From assembly GCA_049976245.1 (NCBI GenBank), contig JBMFIQ010000001.1, positions 1,265 to 65,264 on the forward strand: DNA of 64,000 bases, read 5' to 3'. Origin of the DNA: Microbacter sp. (lineage in GTDB: Bacteria; Bacteroidota; Bacteroidia; Bacteroidales; Paludibacteraceae). The first letter of the stretch is position 1. Each line of letters starts with the position of its first letter. Position numbers and translations under genes: made by a program. Below are positions 57,616 to 64,000 of this stretch, piece after piece. The notes under the pieces are model-generated. The model was given only the letters and a program-made list of their open reading frames with translations. It ran no database searches and had not been told where the DNA came from.

Positions 57616-58260
57616 ATGACAACAAAACAGCCTTTAATCATTACCATCAGTCGACAGTTAGGTTCGGGTGGGGCATACATCGGGCAGTTGATTGCAAGAT
57701 ATTTTGACATTCTTTACGCCGATCGTGACATCATTGCCGACACAGCCAAAACATTATCGCTCCATCCTAAAGACATTGCTCATCGTGACGAGAAAATGAT
57801 TTCCGGATGGGAATCATTTATTCAAGCCATTACTCGACCTCCCGAACGGATTGAATTCAAGCCGTTTCCTCCTACCGATAAAGAACTTTTTAAGGCTGAA
57901 AGTGAAGTCATTAGGCGTTTGGCTTTTGAACGTTCTGCCGTGATCATGGGTCGCTGTGGTTCGTGCATCCTTCATGACCATCCCAATCTGATCAGTGTCT
58001 TTTTACATGCAAGCGATGAGTTCCGCATCAAACATCTTTGCGATGTTCACCAGATGTCGGAAGTCAAAGCAAAAAAAACCATTGTGGAATACGACAAGGC
58101 CAGAGGAGCTTTTATCAAACAGTTTACCGGCGTGGACTGGAAAGATGCCACGCACTATCATCTTACTTTTAAAACAGACCTTCTTGGTCTTGACACAACG
58201 GCTAAAGAAATCATCAATGTCGTTGAAACCATGTTGTCCAAAAAAGAACAGCTTCTTTAA
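57616..58260 (+). CDS. cytidylate-kinase-like family protein (AAA/P-loop, function unknown)
   Basis: ORF track 57574..58260 (GTG). The likely start is ATG 57616 (MTTKQPLIITISRQLGSGGAYIGQLIA), preceded by AAGGAGG at 57601-57607. The pattern resembles the Cytidylate_kin2 family. Confidence 0.65.
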   Translation: MTTKQPLIITISRQLGSGGAYIGQLIARYFDILYADRDIIADTAKTLSLHPKDIAHRDEKMISGWESFIQAITRPPERIEFKPFPPTDKELFKAESEVIRRLAFERSAVIMGRCGSCILHDHPNLISVFLHASDEFRIKHLCDVHQMSEVKAKKTIVEYDKARGAFIKQFTGVDWKDATHYHLTFKTDLLGLDTTAKEIINVVETMLSKKEQLL

Positions 58261-58319
58261 CCTCCATCTTGGTGTAAGCATGTTTTTGAGTCAGAGATTG
58301 GTGTTGATGTCACTTTTTT

Positions 58320-58413
58320 CATACGTCTATTTTATTTTTTAACATTAAGGTCGTATTGAACTCGCCAAATAGTCATTTTCTTGAGCATAAGCTCTTTTTA
58401 TGGCTCGTTTCAT
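58320..58413 (-). repeat. ~90-nt intergenic repeat, copy C (inverted relative to the 33-kb copies)
   Basis: The reverse complement reads ATGAAACGAGCCATAAAAAGAGCTTATGCTCAAGAAAATGACTATTTGGCGAGTTCAATACGACCTTAATGTTAAAAAATAAAATAGACGTATG. Confidence 0.8.
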
Positions 58414-58497
58414 ACGTCTATTTTTAAAACTAAGATCGTATGTGACTCGCTTAATAATTATTCTCTTGAGCATAAGATCTTTCATGGCTCGTTTCAC
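58411..58497 (-). repeat. ~90-nt intergenic repeat, copy D (head-to-tail with copy C, sharing CAT/ATG)
   Basis: The reverse complement reads GTGAAACGAGCCATGAAAGATCTTATGCTCAAGAGAATAATTATTAAGCGAGTCACATACGATCTTAGTTTTAAAAATAGACGTATG. Confidence 0.8.
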
Positions 58498-58576
58498 TCA
58501 ATCTTTTTTTTTATAAAGGCTTGGACGTTTTGCGTATCTCATTGCAAAGCTCATAGGTGATGCATGGATTTCTCTT

Positions 58577-58584
58577 TATCTTTG
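58577..58584 (+). promoter_or_regulatory. -7 box (TATCTTTG) upstream of the hybrid histidine kinase
   Basis: The TAnnTTTG box ends only 4 nt before ATG 58589. Either the mRNA is leaderless or short-leadered, or the real start is the next in-frame ATG (MITAIVVV...). Confidence 0.35.
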
Positions 58585-58588
58585 TGGC

Positions 58589-60772
58589 ATGAACATCGAA
58601 ACAAAGATTCGCCTAAAAGCTGCCGGTTTGTACATGATCACAGCCATTGTTGTTGTGGCGATGTTAATCTTTCTGTTTAACCTGAGAAAAAACCTTGCCC
58701 ATCAGCAGGCAGTGATAGCGAAACAACGTCAAAAATTGACGCTTACCAATGAATTGATTTATGATGTTAATGAGGCTCAGTCGGCTGTCAGCCTCTTTTT
58801 TACTACTCATGACACAACCCACGTTATCCGTTTTAGGAAAAAATTGTTGTCGATTGATGCATTGATTGATACGCTTAGCGTCATTGAACCTGAAGGGAAG
58901 GGAAAATTATTGCAAATCAAACAATTGCTTTCCCGTCAAGCCTCGAATATCTTGGCTTTAAATCGGCTTTTGAATAATGAAAATCCCATTACGTCCATCA
59001 ATAAAAGTATTCTTCAATATAAACCTCAACAAAATGTCACAACTCAGATAGCCAACATTCGACGCGACACGTTATATCAGCCATCAAAGAAGAAAAAGGG
59101 TTTTTTTAGGCGAATCAAAGAAGTTTTTAGCCCTGAAAAAAGTACCACGATGGTTATTTCCAATGTGCGGGTGGATACCGTTCGGGTAGAGCAAGTCAAT
59201 CCGGCTCCCGTATTGACGGATGTAAAAAAGCTGGTGACAATGGCAGGTCAACGGTATGATCAGAAGATTCGTGAAATAGCGCAACAAGTTGCCAATCAAA
59301 TGATGTCTGACAGGGAAATTTCCACGCAAGTGGCTAACTTGTTGTTGGCGCTTCATCGCGAAACACTTCAATCCATGCTTTCCGGTATAGATGCCGGCGA
59401 ACGTTCCATTGATCGAAACTATACCTTTTCCATCATTGGCAGCATGGTGGCTTTAGGCTTTATCCTGTTTTTCATTCTGCTCATCATTTACGACGTCAAC
59501 AAAGGGAAAGAAGCCCGAGAAAAACTTCGTCAGGTCATGGAAAGCCGCCATCAACTGCTGCTCTCCGTTTCACACGACATTAAAAGTCCTTTGGGATCCA
59601 TTTTGGGGTATCTTGAATTGCATCGTTTCAGCGAAGATGAAATCCATTCCATGCAAAATTCCGCGCGTCTTATTCAATCGTTGCTTGACAATCTACTGGA
59701 ATATTCGAGCCTCGAACAAGGATCATTGCAATGCTCTTTTTCTACATTTGATCTTCATGAATTAGGAGAAGAAATCAATCAACTGTTTTTGCCTTTGGCT
59801 CAGGCTAAACTAATAGCATTGACCTGCACTTCGGATCGGATTCGTCTTATTTCGGATGCCGTGAAAATCAGACAAATCATCATCAATCTGGTTTCTAATG
59901 CCGTGAAATATACTCGACAAGGTACGGTTCAACTTGCCATGACTTATGTTGATCAACAATTGTGCATTGAGGTGAAGGACACCGGAGCCGGGATTCCCAG
60001 GGACAAGTTGAATGAAATTTACAAGCCTTTTGTGCGGATTGAAAGCAACAATGCACTGGCACACGGTACAGGCTTGGGAATGTTTGTGGTGAAAGGACTC
60101 ATCGACCTGTTGGGAGGCACCATTCGGCTTGCCTCTGCCGTGGGAGAAGGCACTTCCGTAACCGTAAAGATTCCGTGCAATAAAGCAGAAAGCAAAATCA
60201 AGCAGGGAGCCAAACGCATTGCCGTGTTTGATGATGATCCGACCATTGTGAAGATGGCCGGCGAGATGCTTACGCGTTTGGGACATACGGTTACGGAAAA
60301 AGATTATGAAATGATTTTAACCGATTTGGAAATGGGACCCGTTTCGGGGAAAGATATTCTGACGTCGGCAGGATCCATCCCAGTCATTGTGATGACGGGG
60401 CATACTGATTTTACCCTCGAAAAGGCGCTTCAAATGGGATTTGCCGACTTCCTCCCAAAACCTTTTTTCATCGATTCACTTCGCGAAATTTTTGGTGAAG
60501 GGACAAGCAGTTCCGATGATTTTTCACCCGAAGCTGACGACGCTGTGATGAAGTTGTTCCGATCGGCTACTGTCGAACACCAAGAATGGTTAAAACAGGC
60601 GTTGGCCGATGATGACTTTGACAAAGCTCAGGCTGTTTGCCACAAGATGTTGCCTATGTTCACGTTGTTGGGTTATCCCACTGATGCCTTGCGCCGCATG
60701 GATGCTCAGCGTGCAAAAGTTTATGAGGGCTGGCAAAAAGATGTTGAGACTGTTTTGAGTATTAAAATTTAA
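58589..60772 (+). CDS. hybrid sensor histidine kinase (HisKA-HATPase-REC-Hpt)
   Basis: 727-aa ORF with TM helices and a coiled-coil sensor region, an H-box (SHDIKSPLGSI), N/G boxes (NLVSNAVKYT, DTGAGI, GTGLGM), a receiver (VFDDDP..ILTDLEMG..KPF) and a C-terminal Hpt-like His (CHKMLPMFTLLGY). Confidence 0.88.
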   Translation: MNIETKIRLKAAGLYMITAIVVVAMLIFLFNLRKNLAHQQAVIAKQRQKLTLTNELIYDVNEAQSAVSLFFTTHDTTHVIRFRKKLLSIDALIDTLSVIEPEGKGKLLQIKQLLSRQASNILALNRLLNNENPITSINKSILQYKPQQNVTTQIANIRRDTLYQPSKKKKGFFRRIKEVFSPEKSTTMVISNVRVDTVRVEQVNPAPVLTDVKKLVTMAGQRYDQKIREIAQQVANQMMSDREISTQVANLLLALHRETLQSMLSGIDAGERSIDRNYTFSIIGSMVALGFILFFILLIIYDVNKGKEAREKLRQVMESRHQLLLSVSHDIKSPLGSILGYLELHRFSEDEIHSMQNSARLIQSLLDNLLEYSSLEQGSLQCSFSTFDLHELGEEINQLFLPLAQAKLIALTCTSDRIRLISDAVKIRQIIINLVSNAVKYTRQGTVQLAMTYVDQQLCIEVKDTGAGIPRDKLNEIYKPFVRIESNNALAHGTGLGMFVVKGLIDLLGGTIRLASAVGEGTSVTVKIPCNKAESKIKQGAKRIAVFDDDPTIVKMAGEMLTRLGHTVTEKDYEMILTDLEMGPVSGKDILTSAGSIPVIVMTGHTDFTLEKALQMGFADFLPKPFFIDSLREIFGEGTSSSDDFSPEADDAVMKLFRSATVEHQEWLKQALADDDFDKAQAVCHKMLPMFTLLGYPTDALRRMDAQRAKVYEGWQKDVETVLSIKI

Positions 60773-62075
60773 TGCCGTAATGGTGCATTTTGTTGTAAAG
60801 TGTCTTTCGGTCAATTTTTAGCAACCGTGCGGCTAAGGTTTTATTGCCTCCGGCTTTACGCAAGGCGGTTTCTATTTGTACCCGTTCGTTTTCGGGCTGC
60901 AAGGTCAAAGTTTCCGTTGGTTGCGGCGTAAGCATAAAAGCAGGCATTTCGTTGGCCGTGATTTGGTCATTTGAGGCAAAGAGTACCAAACGTCTTACCG
61001 TGTTGCGCAATTCACGCAGATTGCCGCTCCAATGATGTTGTTCAAGCAATTTCATGGCTTCAGGGGAAAACCCGCGTACCGATTTGTCCAATTCTTCATT
61101 CGCCTGATGAAGAAACGCGTTGGCAAAAAGTTCAATGTCTCCTTTTCGTTCCCGAATGGGCGGGACAAAGAGTGAAAATTCGTTGAGACGGTGAAAAAGA
61201 TCTTCGCGAAAACGACCTTCGGCAATGGCTGTACTCAAATCTTCGTTGGTAGCCGCAAGAATACGTACATCCACCTTGATGTCTTTGGCTGAACCAACCG
61301 GTCGAACACTCTGTTCCTGTAGAGTTCGGAGCAATTGTATCTGCACGTCGTATGACAAATTCCCTACTTCATCCAAAAAAACGGTTCCATGATTGGCTTG
61401 TTCAAAAATGCCTGTTTTGTTGTCAATGGCCGATGTGAATGAGCCTTTGAGATGGCCAAAGAGTTCGCTTGGAGCCAGTTCACGCGACAAACTGCCACAA
61501 TCGACGGCAATAAAAGGATTGTTGCGGCGGGGACTGTTGTCGTGAATCATGCGGGCTGCATACTCTTTGCCTGTCCCGCTTTCTCCAACGATTAAGACCG
61601 ACATGCGGGTGGGAGCAACCCGCAGGATGTGATCGTACATTTGAACGGCAAGGGGACTTTTGCCCAAAATCATGGATGAAGTTTTGGGTAGTGCCGTTTT
61701 CTCCAAAGATGGTTTTTTGGAAAGCGCCAATTCAATTTTTTCTTTCAAAACGGAAGGGTTCATCGGTTTTTCCAAAAAATCCTCAGCGCCCAATTTCATT
61801 GCTGCCACAGCGCTTTGAATTTCACCGTAACTTGTCATGATGATCACTGGAATGGCCATTTTACGTTCCCTGAGCCAGTGTAACAACATTAGGCCATCAC
61901 CATCAGGCAAACGTAAATCGCTCAGCAATAAATGAAAATCGCTACGTGTCATTGCGGCCTGAGCTGATGCAACGCCATTGCAAAGTGCTGCCTCAAAACC
62001 ATGACGATGACACCAGCTTTGCAACATGGTTCCAAAGGCTGTGTCATCGTCAATGATTAGGATTCGCTGTTTCAT
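60762..62075 (-). CDS. sigma-54-dependent response regulator (NtrC family)
   Basis: ORF track 60762..62126. The likely start is ATG 62075 (MKQRILIIDDD). It has a receiver, an AAA+ domain with GESGTGKE, a GAFTGA-like loop (GSFTSA), ELFGH, and a C-terminal Fis-type HTH. Confidence 0.9.
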   Translation of the reverse strand: MKQRILIIDDDTAFGTMLQSWCHRHGFEAALCNGVASAQAAMTRSDFHLLLSDLRLPDGDGLMLLHWLRERKMAIPVIIMTSYGEIQSAVAAMKLGAEDFLEKPMNPSVLKEKIELALSKKPSLEKTALPKTSSMILGKSPLAVQMYDHILRVAPTRMSVLIVGESGTGKEYAARMIHDNSPRRNNPFIAVDCGSLSRELAPSELFGHLKGSFTSAIDNKTGIFEQANHGTVFLDEVGNLSYDVQIQLLRTLQEQSVRPVGSAKDIKVDVRILAATNEDLSTAIAEGRFREDLFHRLNEFSLFVPPIRERKGDIELFANAFLHQANEELDKSVRGFSPEAMKLLEQHHWSGNLRELRNTVRRLVLFASNDQITANEMPAFMLTPQPTETLTLQPENERVQIETALRKAGGNKTLAARLLKIDRKTLYNKMHHYGIKF

Positions 62076-62169
62076 ACAAGGAACAAAGATAGAAAAAATT
62101 CGTCGATTTGTTCCTTGTGCGATCAAAAACAGCTTGTTCTATTAACTGATTATCATGGCAGTGTGTTTG

Positions 62170-63045
62170 TTAAAGTTGAACCACGAGGTATTTGGAGGCA
62201 CTCCAGAATTTGGCCGAATTGGTAATCTCGATGGTGATCTTTTTATCCGGACCTTCAACCAACTTGTAACTGTCGTTTGGATGCAACGAAAGAATTTTTA
62301 CTTTCTTGCTGTTGGTCGGGATGGAGGTGAGCGTTCTTAAGTCGGCTTTGGTAAAGTAACTTGGATCAAAAGCGTTGGCAGAAAGTTTTTTGGATTGGAA
62401 AAGCCCTCCGCCCGTCACAATTTTTTCTTCTTTCAGTTGTTTCAGCGGTGCTATGCAATACCAAACCGTGTGCAGATCGGCATCTTGTCCTTTGATGGTG
62501 GAGGTTTGCTGCTCAATGACCGCATGTTGTTCATTGATGTTTTTCCCCTGTTCCGCAACGGTTGTGTTCAACTCATTGATTTTAATGTTTTTTTGTTCCA
62601 GTTCAGCCTGCAATGATTGGATTTGGGCATTTTTGGCATCCAATTCCGCTTGCAACCGCTGAATGGTTTCCTGCAACATGGCATTTGCTTTTTTGTTTTT
62701 AGCGGCAAGATGTTGCAACGCTTTGATTTTTTCTCGATTTTGCTCCATGGTTTGCTTGATTTCCATCATTTGAGCCGCAATGCGTTCTTTCCGGCTTGTT
62801 GATCCTTCAACGCCTTTCATATTGACCTTCATCTCACTTTCATTTTGATTGATTTTGGCAAAACCGGCTTCTATGTCATTTAAAAATACCAGTGTTTGAT
62901 TGTAAGAAGAATCCAATGACTGTGCCTGGATGGCCAATGAATCGCGTTGGGCTACTACGGCTTTGTACTTGGATGAGTTTTCGACACACGACACTGTCAC
63001 AACGGAAAGGAAAGCAATGATTGCAAAAAATTTTAATTTTCTCAT
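62170..63045 (-). CDS. coiled-coil lipoprotein, function unknown
   Basis: 291-aa ORF with a lipoprotein signal (FLSVVTVSC) and a long heptad-like central region (..LQAELDAKNAQIQSLQAELEQKNIKINELN..). I do not recognise a family. Confidence 0.6.
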   Translation of the reverse strand: MRKLKFFAIIAFLSVVTVSCVENSSKYKAVVAQRDSLAIQAQSLDSSYNQTLVFLNDIEAGFAKINQNESEMKVNMKGVEGSTSRKERIAAQMMEIKQTMEQNREKIKALQHLAAKNKKANAMLQETIQRLQAELDAKNAQIQSLQAELEQKNIKINELNTTVAEQGKNINEQHAVIEQQTSTIKGQDADLHTVWYCIAPLKQLKEEKIVTGGGLFQSKKLSANAFDPSYFTKADLRTLTSIPTNSKKVKILSLHPNDSYKLVEGPDKKITIEITNSAKFWSASKYLVVQL

Positions 63046-63195
63046 GTTGATGAATTTAATGAATTGGGTTATTTGATCAATGTTGAATCTCTTTGGATTG
63101 ATTTTTCGTTTGAAGTTAAAGTTAAAAAAAGGTTTGTGATGATGCTTTTGTCATTGTGAAGATCCATTTTCACAGTTGCTATTACAAACCCCGAT

Positions 63196-63209
63196 GCAAA
63201 ATCCATGCC
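63196..63209 (-). promoter_or_regulatory. candidate sigma-54 (-24/-12) promoter
   Basis: The minus strand reads aGGCATGGATTTTGCat. GG and GC have the exact canonical spacing of TGGCAC-N5-TTGC. The site is about 150 nt upstream of the lipoprotein start (63045), and that gene is followed by the sigma-54 activator. Confidence 0.4.
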
Positions 63210-63309
63210 TCAGTATTAAAATATTGTTATTCATCTATTTGTGGTTTCTGGGTGGGTGTGGTGTTATGTAGAAAAAGTGTGGAAAATGGGAATGACATTT
63301 ATTTTTTTA

Positions 63310-63317
63310 TATCTTTG
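63310..63317 (+). promoter_or_regulatory. -7 box (TATCTTTG) upstream of the glycosyltransferase gene
   Basis: TAnnTTTG 78 nt upstream of ATG 63395. Confidence 0.4.
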
Positions 63318-63394
63318 TGACAGCAAAGGGGTGAATGGATCAAACCGTTTTCTTCGTATGCTTTTTGGATTTTTTTTCGTCTTAACCCTTTTTT

Positions 63395-64000
63395 ATGGAG
63401 CTTACTCGACATGCTCATCCAAATTCAGAAAAGCCATTGTTCAGCATTTTGATTCCAACCTGGAACAATCTTTCATTTTTGAAACTATGCATTGCCTCCA
63501 TTCGGAAAAACAGTGCTTTTACTCATCAAATCATTGTGCATGTCAATGAGGGCAAAGATGGCACGCTCGAGTGGGTGAATGAGCAACAGATTGATTTTAC
63601 GCACAGCAACGAAAACATCGGTGTTTGCTATGCCTTGAATGCTGCGGCTGCTCTTGCCGTGGCCGATTACATTGTTTACATGAACGACGATATGTACGTC
63701 TGTCCCGATTGGGATCGATATTTGTATCAGGAGATTTTGGCTTGTCGGAGCGAATATTTTTTCTTTTCATCCACTTTGATCGAACCACGCAAAACCGGTT
63801 GCGATTGCATGATAGCTCCTTACGATTATGGTCATTCGCCGGAATCTTTCGATGAAGACCGATTACTGAACGAATATGCAACACTTCCATTTGTCGATTG
63901 GAACGGTGCTTCGTGGCCGCCCAATGTGGTGCATCGCAATGTATGGCATTTAGTTGGAGGTTACAGCATTGAATTCACGCCGGGCATGTACTCTGATCCT
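63395..64000 (+). CDS. family-2 glycosyltransferase, N-terminal part (runs off the window end)
   Basis: Hand translation from ATG 63395 gives MELTRHAHPNSEKPLFSILIPTWNNLSFLKLCIASIRKNSAFTHQIIVHVNEGKDGTLEWV...YMNDDMYVCPDW... and stays open to position 64000. The SILIPTWN start and DD(M) motif are typical of GT2. It is absent from the ORF track because there is no stop in the window. Confidence 0.75.
   Translation, partial: MELTRHAHPNSEKPLFSILIPTWNNLSFLKLCIASIRKNSAFTHQIIVHVNEGKDGTLEWVNEQQIDFTHSNENIGVCYALNAAAALAVADYIVYMNDDMYVCPDWDRYLYQEILACRSEYFFFSSTLIEPRKTGCDCMIAPYDYGHSPESFDEDRLLNEYATLPFVDWNGASWPPNVVHRNVWHLVGGYSIEFTPGMYSDP

Noticed and set aside
63241-63549. 102-aa ORF at 63241..63549 (plus strand)
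   Set aside because: It starts upstream of the -7 box and is out of frame with the clear GT2 reading frame that begins at 63395 and stays open to the window end.
1-64000. CRISPR arrays, transposases, integrases, prophage or toxin-antitoxin modules
   Set aside because: Scanning intergenic regions and the ORF track showed no regularly spaced direct repeats and no recombinase- or transposase-like translations. The only repeats are the ~90-nt family and the 11-mer tandem reported above.

Overview
The window looks like a Bacteroidota chromosome segment. Support: gldG and gldH, a T9SS C-terminal sorting domain, DUF3098/DUF4295/DUF3276 genes, many TAnnTTTG -7 promoter boxes, and almost no Shine-Dalgarno use. 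Most of it is ordinary, densely packed housekeeping: rfbA-rfbC-rfbD, kdsC, tRNA-Gln, a GH57 enzyme, ilvC, ygiQ, queA, truB-uppP-DUF3098-ftsX, YfhO, miaB, a TPP-riboswitch-controlled TonB-dependent receptor, crcB-DUF190, a P-type ATPase, AsmA, rpmB-rpmG-DUF4295, ltaE, holB, PSP1, gldH, proC, wza-wzc, cobB, tsaD, two two-component systems and ettA. I saw no CRISPR array, transposase or integrase.

The stand-out region is 49.5-58.3 kb. A very AT-rich spacer and a 1194-aa T9SS cargo protein are followed on the same strand by an unannotated 52-codon ORF. Its N-terminus carries a lasso-leader-like Y-x-x-P-x-I motif and its C-terminal half is rich in Pro, Thr and Asn and has no Cys. An intrinsic terminator follows. 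Next come a PqqD-like RRE protein, an HPr-kinase-like P-loop kinase, and an ABC exporter whose N-terminus is a SipW/Sec11-type (S26) signal-peptidase domain rather than the usual C39 domain. No lasso cyclase or B2 protease is present. I read this as a candidate new RiPP-type system that makes a phosphorylated linear peptide and cleaves its leader during export.

Second-tier observations are a dispersed and tandem ~90-nt repeat family (33 kb, 45 kb, 58 kb) and a candidate sigma-54 promoter upstream of a lipoprotein/NtrC-like operon. All calls rest on hand translation and remembered family motifs; no searches were run.
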